From contig OU015567.1 of NCBI GenBank assembly GCA_907165135.1, forward strand, positions 1,674,001 through 1,738,000: a DNA stretch of 64,000 nucleotides. Reading direction: 5' to 3'. Of this stretch, positions 13,258-24,134 are shown piece after piece; position 1 is the stretch's first letter; every line of letters begins with the position of its first letter. Made by a program: the position numbers and the translations under genes. The DNA is from Oikopleura dioica (lineage: Eukaryota > Animalia > Chordata). The notes under the pieces are model-generated. The model did not search any database. It was not told the DNA's origin and saw nothing but the letters and a program-made list of their open reading frames with translations.

Positions 13258-16061
13258 ATGAAATTGCTCAGGAAGGATATACAAATAGTCTTGAAGCAAG
13301 AGCTCAAAATTAAACGGCATAACTGTAAGAAAAATAAGCGTAAAAAAAGCTTAGACTTTCCAATTTGCCTCATTTATTCTATAAAAAAGGCATAAAGTTA
13401 TCTTTTGTAAAGCTCTATAATTCTTTCCGCCTCGGCCGAATGGCAACAACCAGCCTACTCCGAGGTCCTTTCCCGATTCAACCAGAAAAGCGGTGGATGG
13501 GGCGCCCCAGAAGGACGAGTTGCAGCTCTGCACTCACTTTGCCCTCCCCTCAATCCTGTTGAGAACGCTGAGATCATCTGCGATCAAGCAACTTGTGCTG
13601 TGAAATGTAATGAAGGGTTTGTTCCAATCGGGCGAAGACGAACAAAGTGCCGATTCAACAATACCAACCAGTTTTTCTGGAAGAAACAGCTCGGGGGATG
13701 CGATACCTGCCCTGATCTCGCGGCTCCACCAGGTTAAAAATGCTCATTTTATCCTTTTGAACCATTTATCTAGCTGGAATGACTATGACATGTGGTCTCA
13801 ACGCCAAAAACCGCAAGAAATGCACTCTAAGCTGCGATAACGGCGGTCTCGTCTCTGCTGGTGAGTTGACGAAAGCACGACTTCATGCAGTATGCTCTTG
13901 TCCTCGACCTGACAGAACTTGCCGCTGGAAGAACCGAGTTTTCGGTGAAATTGATGATGCTGGAATCGCTGAGCTCGTCTGCCTTGAGCCAACAACTACT
14001 CAAGCTCCCGGTACAACTACTACGCAGGCTCCAGCTTAGGGTCTTACATTCTTAGCGCAAAAATTCGGCTTTAACCGCTTTATGCACCACTCAATTTTTT
14101 TTTATTAAATTTGCTTATATTTTTTCCAATAACAATATTCTTACAAATAAAACCCTTTCGATCAGGAACAACTACCACTCAGGCTCCAGTTTCGGGGTGT
14201 ATGGTCGCTTGAAATAATATTCTCGCTTGCTCGCATGCTTTTTAAATCAAATAGTCTTTTTTCCAACCCCTTTTTCCAGGCACCACTACAACCCAGGCTC
14301 CAGGTACAACAACAACCCAGGCTCCAGGTACAACAACCACACAGGCCCCAGGAACAACCACTCAAGCACCTGGCCCAACAACAACTACCCAGGCGCCCGT
14401 TACGACCACTACTAAAGCTCCCGCTACCACCACAACTGGCGCTTTCTCCTTCAACTCTGATGGCACTGGAGGCACTGTTCCTGCCCCTGCTCTTCGTCAT
14501 TACGCCGTTGTCAATGGAGAAGCCAACGCCGCCGCTACTGGCCATGGTCCCCACGCTGCCGATGGTCAAGTCTGCGCTGACGGAGGCTACCTCGCCGTTG
14601 GAGTTTCTACCGCCACTGAAGGTGGTCAGATCGGTCAGTGCATTGTCAGCAAGGTGATGCCCTGCGCGACCGCTGCTCAATACCCGGCCCCTCTTGGTAA
14701 CGAGTTGAACGGTTCTGGATCCAGCTGTTCTGAGAATTTCAAGTGGGCTTGGCTCAACACTAATAATGGCCGATACTGTCACGCGGTTTCTGTCAAAGAA
14801 TCCGCTGATGGTCAATACGTCCTCGCCACCGGAACACGTCAAAGTACGACCAACAACAACCAGTACAATGGTTTTGTTGCCAAGATCAACTCTGCTACTG
14901 GCGCAACTATCTGGGAATTTGATTACACTACCGGCGCCGGAACCAGATCCGGATTTGAGACTCTTCATCTGACTTCTGATGGTGGATTCATCGTCGGTGG
15001 CTTCATTAACCGAGTTGACACTGAAAAACCAGGCTTCAAATCTGGTGGACAAGTCGATCAAGGAACGCCAGTCATGCACAAGTTCTCTGCCTCTCTCGCC
15101 GCAGCCAGCAGCGCGGGATCACCAACCCCCGAGTGGAGCTTCGTCTGTGACGGAAGCGGAAAATCGTGCAACCTCAACGACGGATCCGTCAAAAATATGC
15201 GTGTCTTCAGCGACAACGGTGTCGAGAAGGTCGTTGGTCTCCCAACCAGTCGATCTATCCTCGTTGTCCTCGACGCCGTCTCTGGTTCTGAACTCGCCTA
15301 TTCCGGCGACGGCATCAACAGCGGCTTCATCGGTGACGGAACTGCCAACGACATCGAAGTTGAAAAGAACAGCAGCGGCGCTGTCACTGGCTTCGTCACC
15401 ACCGGTCTCCGAAGCGTTCCAGTACAGACCGACAACGGCGTCAGCTGCAGCGGGGACGGCTGCTCCGTCATCACTGGTACATTCACCAAGTACAAGGCCG
15501 ATCTTTCCGCCAGCGAGTGGAAGGTCGACCTCCAAACTGGAGAATGGCCCGGTGGAGCTAACCAATTCGCCACTGTCGCTGCTACTCCTTACAAATCCCT
15601 TGTGTACACCGAGTGCTGGGGCATGACAAGCGTCAAGGATGCAGCTGGAAATCACATTGGCTACGTCGCTGCTTGTGGAACTGGTATTGAGCCTGGCTGC
15701 AACATCCACCCAGAGGTAGAGCTCTTATTGGACTAAAAGAAAATTTTGATTATTAGCCTATCCGAACGGAGTGCAACAACGATCCGCGAAAAGCATGGCG
15801 AGGAGCCGTTGCCCGAATCGATCTCGCTGGTAACCTTCTTTGGTACAGCATCAACTCTTACCAAGCTCCAAATGAAGAAGCCGGTGGCGCCATGGAATCT
15901 GGCGAGTCCGCCTCTGAATACATTTTCCAAACTCCCGAGGGCCGGTAATATCGACACCTTTTATCATTTTTCTGACAATTTTTAGAATTGTCTCGGTTAC
16001 TGATGAAGGATTTGGCGGCTTTGGTTTCTTGACCTTCGAATGTGAAGCTGGCGTCTGCTAG
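13258..16061 (+). CDS. Secreted protein: signal peptide + CCP/sushi-like Cys modules + TTTQAPG mucin repeats + bacterial-type beta-propeller-like domain
   Basis: MKLLSSIILSASA (via GA-AG intron 13272-13412), CPPLNPVENAEIIC...CAVKCNEGF...C...W, TTTQAPG repeats, then a long exon (14280-15715) with DGGYLAVG / DGQYVLATG / DGGFIVGG repeats. Stop TAG at 16059-16061. Confidence 0.7.
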
Positions 16062-16232
16062 ATGAAAATTTGATTCGAATAAATTTCACTAAGAGAAATT
16101 CTGACAAGGACTTTCTTTTGCGTTGTTCATAATAACGGCACGTGAGGCTCATTTTTCATATTTTTATTCCGTCTTTTGAACAATCAGGAAAAAATTACAA
16201 GAGCAAGAAACAAGTCAATTTTCTGTGCACTA

Positions 16233-18470
16233 TCATGGGCTTTCTTTGTCAGGATTCATTGGAGTCGTTTCAGTAGGCTCATTTGCGGCATCATCATCAT
16301 CTTCTTCGTCGTTGCCGTCTTTGATCGCAAGGCAGAAGTTAAACTTCAGTTTGCTCAGCGAGACAGGCGGCAAATTTATACAAATCCCGGTTGAAATAAG
16401 AGTTGATGCGAAGATTATTCCAAGAGTAAAAGCCATGATCAGGGCTGCTGAATTCGGAGCGTTTGCGTTTACCCGCGATTTCTTTGGCGGAAAATCCGCA
16501 GCTGTTTCACGGAAAATCCGCAGTTTTTTTCACGGAAGATCCGCCAGTTTCAAGCGGAGAAAAGGGAGCGGAGAATCGCGGATAATCCGCCGAAATTTCC
16601 GCTGAAAAGACGAATTTAAACGGTGTTCCTCCCTTTTGATTGGCTAGAGAAAAAGGGTAGCGGGTAATCGCGGACGATCCGCGCGGCGGATAAAATCGGA
16701 CGATCGGACGATCGGAGAATAGCGCGGAGAAACGGAGAAAATCAGCGGATCTTCCGCCAAAAAATCGCGGGCAAACGCAAACGCTCCGAATTCAGCAGCC
16801 CTGGCCATGATGAAAAATTCACTTTTCAGCATGCATTCGGTTCTAAAGGGATGAACGATGATCTCGTAGGTTCGGAAGTCAGACTCAAGCAACTTTTGTT
16901 CAAAGCAATTTCCGTCAATTTTAACTCTGTCTTTCAGAACCTAAAAAATATTGAAAGAGAAATTATTTATTTGTTTCACCGATAAGGAGTTATCATCCAC
17001 TTGTGCGCAAATACTGTCGTTCATCTTGTGTTTTTGGTCGACTTCGATGCAGAAATCGATGATATAATCGTTGACATAAATCACGAAGACGCATAGAACT
17101 GAATAAAAACTAGATATAAGGCTTCAATGAATAAGTTACCTATAGAAAATTTACTAACAGTAAGCAAGACTGTCAATGCTCCTTGAGCAATTGGGGCCCA
17201 AGCATAATCGGATCCTTTTTGTTGAATCACTTTTTGATTTTCGGCAAAGTCGATATTTTCTTTGACGCAGCCGGTCTTCAACAATTTGTTGAGTACCTGC
17301 ATCATCACTTTGATCATCTTTGGAAGGTAGGTTACAAATGAGCAGAGGAGAGATATGTAGGTAGAGTTGGAAACCGGACTGCCATGAACTAAAAAACGGT
17401 ATGTCGATTCTGTGATAATATTTTAAACTTACCCAAAAATCTGGAAAAGTAAAAATAAACAAGCATGACTTCGAAAGCTTTCAGAAAAAAGCTATGAAGA
17501 ATTTTATGCTCAACAATTATTTTGAATATTTTTGTCAACATTGATCTCTCCCCACTTTTCTCCGTTCTCATGAGCAAAAATATCGTGATCACGTGGTTGA
17601 GAAGCTTCAGCGACGCGCTAACAATCAGCGAAATTGAGACCCATTGAACAGGATCAACAGCGAGGTTGGAGACAGTGTTGTACTCGTACCAGACAAAAAC
17701 AGGAGGAAGAATTTCGATAATTGGAATCAGCGCGAAAATCATAGAAGACAATATGGACAGCTTTCCGTTAAATTTCGCGTTGATGATAACGAAGGCCAAG
17801 CTACAAGAAATAGTCGCGATGAGGAAACACTGCTGGGTCCAAAAGTAGAGTGTTGTGTCGGGATCATAAGGAATCATTTTGATCAGAATAAGTCCTCGAT
17901 TTCGCATTCCTTCCTCGGCTTTCTTTGCAAACCCTTTCTTGTCGAGCTTTGTCTTCGTTATTAGCCGGACTGTGAGTATGACAATGTTCATTTCTTCTCC
18001 GTAAGAAATGTTCTCTTCTGATGATGTTCTCCGTTTCCGGTACAGATAAGGGTAATCTTCTGAAGAAATATATTGCGTACCGAAAAACGAACTGGATGGG
18101 CTGCAATTTCCATCATATAAACCATTACGAGGATTTCCTTGATTTCCATAAAAAACACGCTGCATACCATCGTAGCATATTTCCTCAACCTCATTTTCAG
18201 TCACGTTTCTTTGTGCAGTCTTTTTTGAAGAATAATCAATGAACAAAACTTCATCCTTCAGTCCAAAATTGTCCTCGAGTATATATTTCAAAAAGTATGA
18301 AACCTAAAACGACCATTTTTTCTTTCAAAGCAATTAAAATTTACCAGATTTGTGTCAATATCTTCAGCTTGCCACACAGTGTGAAACCGTGAAACTACTC
18401 TATTCATCCTCTCTGCTCTAGAATCAGCTCGGAACGGCCGATATAGAAAGAAGAAAAGCAAAAATCGCAT
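16233..18470 (-). CDS. Uncharacterised multi-pass membrane protein; last exon interrupted by a MITE
   Basis: Signal-like start and a 300-aa exon with several hydrophobic helices. The frame ...SEFFIMA|FTLGIIF... is continuous once the MITE and one TSD are removed. Confidence 0.6.
16440..16803. mobile_element. 364-bp hAT-type MITE
   Basis: Long TIRs CAGGGCTGCTGAATTCGGAGCGTTTGCGTTT... and an exact 8-bp TSD GCCATGAT at 16432-16439 and 16804-16811. GC-rich interior with GCGGA repeats. Confidence 0.92.
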
Positions 18471-18639
18471 TATTTCTGTTGATTCTATTCAAGTCAGAAT
18501 GAGAACGAGGTTGAGCGAGCTTTGAAACCCCCGATTTGATAAAGTGACCGGTGATTTTCACACGACCCGAATCATGTGTTATCAATAGTTTTATTCGTAT
18601 CAAACGTTATTTACAACTGATGGTTACAGTAATATTTTC

Positions 18640-19991
18640 TTAGTCTCTTTGATTCTTTCTCTTTTCAAGTTGCTTCTTTCTTCTGAGAATTTTCCTTATC
18701 GGCTTTTCAATTTTTCGCGTCAGTCGTCTCAGACGATATTGTTTGCCTTTCTTTTGGTTGACATTTTTATGCTTTCCATCGCAGCCTTGAATCTCAGATG
18801 TTGTCTGAAAAATAAAATAAGGGGGTGTTATTTATATTGGCTTTTTAAAACCTCGCGTTTGTAGTAATATTCTTCGAGATAAGTGTCAAAGGCGACATTG
18901 AGCTTTCTCATCCGATCACCATAATCGTTGTTTTCATCCTTAATTTTGATTGTAGCTGAAGAGCATATTTGACGAAAAATCTCACCTCGATAAAATTGAA
19001 GAAATGATCGTAAGTCGTCACTTCTCCTTTGTTAGCATCACCTGGGAAGGGAGCAAGATCTAGATGAAAATGATGAGCAAATCGCTTTGAGCTTTAAAAA
19101 CTTACCAAGACGGCAATTATGCTCTGCGTTGAGGAAGTAAGTGTGCGCTTTGTTGTACTTTCTTTGCATATTTGGAAGCTTGAATTCTTCCATCCAGCGA
19201 TCTCTGAAAAGGATTTTTGAAGGGGAAGAAACTTGGAAAAGTGACGAACTCGAGGTGCCCCTGGAAGTTTTTGAAGAGACGGCGAAAGATCCAAGACTCG
19301 CCAGACTTTGCTTTTGTTGTTGTTGTTGGAGGGACTGTTGTAGTTGTTGTTGAAGTTGTCGTTGTCGTTGATGTACTGGTTGTAGTAGATGTTGTTGTAG
19401 TTGTTGTTGTCGTTGTAGTTGTAGTTGATGTTGTTGTTGAGGTTGTGGTTGTAGAAGTGGTAGTTGTCGTAGTTGTCGTTGTTGTAGTTGTGGTTGTGGT
19501 GGATGTTGTGGTTGTTTTGGGAGTTGTTGTTGGCGGCTGAGTTGGATCGTACAAATGGTCGCAGATTTGAATATGATCCTTGCAGCAGTCATCAAAAATG
19601 ATGCAAGAGGAGTCACAGAAACAATCTCTTTTAAGTTCTTGCTCTGATTCGGATGTCTGTTGATCACATGGCTTAATAATAAAGAATATGACTAGAACGA
19701 AAAGGAAGTAAAACTCACGATTCCAATCTGAAGCAAGCTTGGGTTGCATCCTAAACACTCGATGTTGATGTTGTCGCAGCATTGTTCAGATTGCCCTGTT
19801 CCTCGAATCTCACAAAGAGCTTGGCTGTCTTTTCGATTCGAAGCTCTTGAAAAGCTTCGCCACCCGCCGTAAGGCTCTTTTCTCGACGTGGAAGAGTCGC
19901 TTTTGATCCTTTTTCGAAAGTCGAGTTTGGACTCTTGAGGAAGAATGCCCCCAGCTTGAGTCTCAAGAAAAAATAGAAAAGACAAACGCAT
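18640..19991 (-). CDS. Secreted somatomedin-B (SMB)-domain protein with a Thr-rich stalk and basic C-terminus
   Basis: CFCDSSCIIFDDCCKDHIQIC fits the SMB pattern and is followed by poly-Thr. The last exon ends RKILRRKKQLEKRKNQRD*. Confidence 0.7.
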
Positions 19992-20587
19992 TTTTGATTA
20001 TTTCAAAAAGCGAAAAAGAAAGTTGAGTCCGGATTTTTAAATCATTGCGGCGGCGAGTTAGGGTTTTATAGTTTCTACTTTTGCGGCGCTAGAGCTTCTC
20101 CGCCGACTTTACCGGTTGTTGACGTTTGTACCGATTATGCGAAGAAATAGAACATGTCCTTTCTAAGTAAGGGGATTGAAGCTTATAATGCTCTTTCCGG
20201 TTTTCGAGAAAGGGAAGTTGATTCTACTACATGTATTCTTTTTTGTTGAGTCAGAGTTGAACTTTAGTAATTCTGAGAATTTCTAAATTAATTTCTTTTG
20301 CTGGAAGAAACGTTTTTTTATTATCAACTCGAAACATTAATTCAAGAACTCGAAAAATGAAGGCATCATAACTGAATTTAGAATTTTTTATTCTTACATT
20401 TTTTCGTTATTATCTGATAGAGGTATTAACAGATTTATTCGTGAGTCATTGAATTTCTTCAATTAGAAGGTAAAGTTTATTTTTTCAACTTTGACTTTAA
20501 TTGCAGCGAGCAAGAAGTCCTGAAAATGATGATAGAACGCTAGAAGGATAGATAAGTAAACAAAACAAATATACCGGGAAGACAAAA

Positions 20588-20669
20588 CGACACCGATGGG
20601 ATTCGAACCCACGCGTGCAGAGCACATTGGATTAGCAGTCCAACGCCTTAACCACTCGGCCACAGTGTC
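20588..20669 (-). tRNA. tRNA-Ser(GCT)
   Basis: GACACTGTGGCCGAGTGGTTAAGGCGTTGGACTGCTAATCCAATGTGCTCTGCACGCGTGGGTTCGAATCCCATCGGTGTCG: 82 nt, long variable arm, A and B boxes, followed by TTTT. Confidence 0.97.
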
Positions 20670-21158
20670 CTGGAAACCGGTCGAACCGATTGTCAACAAG
20701 TATCGCGATCCCACTTTCTCCGACTATCCTTACTTTTTTCTACAGTTCAATTTTGCATGCCGTTCATTATTTAATGCATCTATTGCAGATTTACTCATGC
20801 TAGCTCGAGATTTGGTAAAATAAATATTTTGAGAATTTAATGATTTCAAATGCGTATTGCGCGTCGGTGCACCTTGAGTGCATTTTTAGATGCCGCCGAA
20901 AGTGATAGCGCGCGAAACTCATCAAGGATTAACCTTAATATGTAACGGCTTAGAAATTACTCCACGGGTGATATTATTCAATTTGCATAAATATAAAAAG
21001 GAACAGGCTGCAATTTGAAAGTGCCCAATCCTTTAGGAATTCTAAATTAGGATTCTGTTTTCGACGAAATTTACATTTCAGAATCTCGACCTATCTTTTT
21101 GAGTTTCCCCAAAATACTCTATTTCTTAAAAAACGAACTGTTATTCTGGTCTTTTTTG

Positions 21159-21381
21159 ACACTTTTTAGCCCTTTTTTTTCCTCAAAAATGTCCAGAAAT
21201 TCCAACTCGGACAAAAATTTTGGTCAAATTTTGTCAGAATTTTCGTCAAAATTGGAATTGGTGGACATTTTTGAGGAAAAAAAGGGCCAAAAAGTGTTAT
21301 TTATTTCATAGTACAGTGAAAATCCATTATTTGGCAGTAATTTTGGGTTACAGAAATTTGAAAATACTGCCAAATAATGGA
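21159..21381. repeat. Two adjacent foldback repeats (about 140 bp and 60 bp), probably MITE-derived
   Basis: ACACTTTTTAGCCCTTTTTTTTCCTCAAAAATGTCCA is mirrored by TGGACATTTTTGAGGAAAAAAAGGGCCAAAAAGTGT. TCCATTATTTGGCAGTA is mirrored by TACTGCCAAATAATGGA. Confidence 0.75.
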
Positions 21382-21752
21382 CATTTTTTCCAAAGTCGGA
21401 TGACAACGAAAATTAACCAAAATTTCAGGTAGATGAATTACTGTTTTGCAACGTATATTGCATCATTTTTACAGAAAGCAGCGCGAATAGACGAAATATT
21501 CTCTGTTCATCACATTTTTAGACGGTTCGTTTAGTTGCAATGACATCGTTTATATTGTTCGATTGCTCATCAGTTCTCCAGTTCAGCCAAAAAGGGCCTC
21601 ATAAATAGGCGTTTAGGGCTGTTTGAGGGTTGTTACATCTCAGGGCGAGAATAATACACGAGTAGCGCGACTAGTGCCTGACACGATTTCAGGGATTAGC
21701 GAAAATTATTTTCAGAAAAAAAGAGAATCCTATCAACAACCAGGTGAATAGC

Positions 21753-21838
21753 CTGGGCTCGGCAGCCTCTGTTAAAACCTCAGTCAGGAACTTCTTGATT
21801 CCTGACTCAGGTTTTCTACACAGGTTGGACGAGCCCAG
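21753..21838. mobile_element. Short palindromic hAT-like MITE, family 'CTCGGCAACCTGTGTAGAAAACCTGAGTCAGG' (copy 1)
   Basis: CTGGGCTCGGC...GACGAGCCCAG with a near-perfect 8-bp TSD TGAATAGC/TGAATATC. Confidence 0.8.
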
Positions 21839-22508
21839 TGAATATCCAAATCAAGAATCGTTTCCCAATTGCAAGAAAAATTTGATCAAAAAAACCGCTA
21901 AAATTTTCAGAAAAATAAACTTTTGAAAAATCGTGGAAAAGTAAAGAGCCGGAAATAATGCCGCTAAGTTTATGCGCCCGTTGTATTTGTTTTCCGCAAT
22001 ATTTAACAGACGGAACTACTCAAACGCAGTTCCTCTCGTCAAAAGACTCGTTTTTGTAATGTCACGGGCAGAATTTTATTCAAATATACAAAGAAGAAGC
22101 ACTCTTCGCTTTTCGTTTTTTTCAAGATCTGTTTTGAAGATATGAGTTTTTGAGCTTTTTTCTACGAAATCCAATCAATAAGTAAGTCGGTTTTGAAATG
22201 AGACGTTTCATGATTGAAAAAAAGATTCGATACATATTTTTCTGTATATTTATATTGGTCGATAGGGGCATAAAGTAGACAAATCCTCTTTGAAAATGCC
22301 ACCTTGGCAGTCAATGAGCTGCTTTTCGGTGAAACTGGAAGGGTATTTTTCTTGGAGAAAATTGTGTATCCCTAAATAATTAGTATTATAATAATAAATA
22401 AGTATATTGTTTTGTGGAAAGAAATTTTTTTTAGCGACCGCTCTTTTTCCGCTCAGCCAAATTGAGAAATTTGTCTAGCTCAATTTGAAATAAAAAAAGC
22501 GTCGTCTC

Positions 22509-22620
22509 CTTGACTCGGCAACCTGCATAGAAAACCTGAGTCAGGGTCCGAAGTTAGGGTAGGGGTTATTTCTAAGATTTCATACCCTGACTCAGATTTT
22601 TACACAGGTTCCCGAGCTGA
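22509..22620. mobile_element. Same MITE family, copy 2
   Basis: GACTCGGCAACCTGCATAGAAAACCTGAGTCAGGG ... CCCTGACTCAGATTTTTACACAGGTTCCCGAG. Confidence 0.75.
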
Positions 22621-24134
22621 CCTCCTGAAGACCGAGAGTCTCGGAAGCAAAAAGGAGAAGGGACAAGAGAATTCCTCGAAAAGTTCAAGTTCCTTTTTAA
22701 AATCGTAAACTGACAGGGCTTGGGGCGCGTTGGCTCACTCGGTGTCGCTGCATCCCTCGGGGGAGGAGAAGCGTGAGCTGAAGCTGGGCACAGGGGAGAT
22801 CGTTACTCTTTTAGCCGCTGCCATTAGATTAGAGAAAGATACGCGAAAATAGCTTTTTAGATTGGAATAATAAAAGAAGCGTTCCGTCCTTCTTTCTCTG
22901 AAGCTCGAGAATAGAACAAATAATAACGCTCCAGCGCTATTCACGAACCAAAATCGTAAGAAGCAAAAAAACGACCACAAAAGACGAAAAAAAGAGGAAA
23001 AAATCATATTTGAAGCTTGAACGAATTCATCGAAAATTGTAATGGAAAAATGCGTTCAAAGAGGAATGAATAAAAACCAGGTAAATATTTGTGAAGTGCG
23101 TGAAACTTTAAGTTTTTTTTTTGAAGAAAATTGTTAAATTGAATTTATAAATTGATTTGATTGACTAAAAATTCTGATGATAATTCAAAGTCAAATCATT
23201 TTAACCATTTTTATGATGATTAAAAGCGCATTTTCAAGCTTTATTTTAGTGAAATCGAGGATGCAAACTCATCGGAAATTCGAGAAAATGTCTGAAACAT
23301 AAGGAAAGGTTCAACATCACAACTTTGTTTTCCCTTTGAAAAAAGTGCATTGCATGGCAAAAACGGCGCTGCTTCATCATTCAGTAACATTTTGAACATG
23401 TCAAATGCCCTGTCAGCGAGCGTATGTTCCATTAGAAGTAAGCATATGCTTCAAACCCTTCTTCAAATTAACGATCGCCAACAATTATCGCAAAAGAAAT
23501 CAACAATGAACAACTTGAAACCTGCGCTCCGCAATCTACTTTTTTATAGAGCGGTGTACCCTTAATCCTAAACACAAAAAATGCAATTGATTGAACCTTT
23601 TAAAAAAGAATGGCTCTCGAGTTGAAAAACCTAAAGAAATTGCTCACTGATCCAAAAATCCACACATTTCTACTCTTCTCCGTTATATTCTGTAAGTACC
23701 CCCTTGATCCAGCACTAAAGAAATGCGTAGAAACTCGACATGAGTTCAAATAAAATCGGGTTTTGTCCGTTCTCAGAAGCGCGGCGGGGGCGCTGTCGGA
23801 AATTTATGCTGCACAATTTGGTCGCAGAATGCTTATGGTTTTTTATCTTTGGTAATTTAAGTCTGTTACCAGAGACCTTCCCTGAAAGTCGGACTGGAGG
23901 GAGTCGTGGTCGGAAATGACCATGTTGTATTTCATCCCGGATGAGTCATTCGAAAGAGAGCTCTAACAGACATGACATGCAGTAGAAACCCGGATTAGAG
24001 TCATTTGGAAAAGCTCCCCAAGTAGGGATGATGCGATCCAACCCAAATGGCCCGGACGGGTTAATTACCCATTTACTCGCCCCGTCAAACTGGTCATCTT
24101 GTTTCAAATCGTTTTAGCAGCACTTACTCTCTTA

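Noticed and set aside
14162-15709. Long antisense and alternate-frame ORFs (also 55305-55973, 59216-59716 and 60472-61113)
   Set aside because: They are explained by the codon bias of the sense genes and show no independent protein features.
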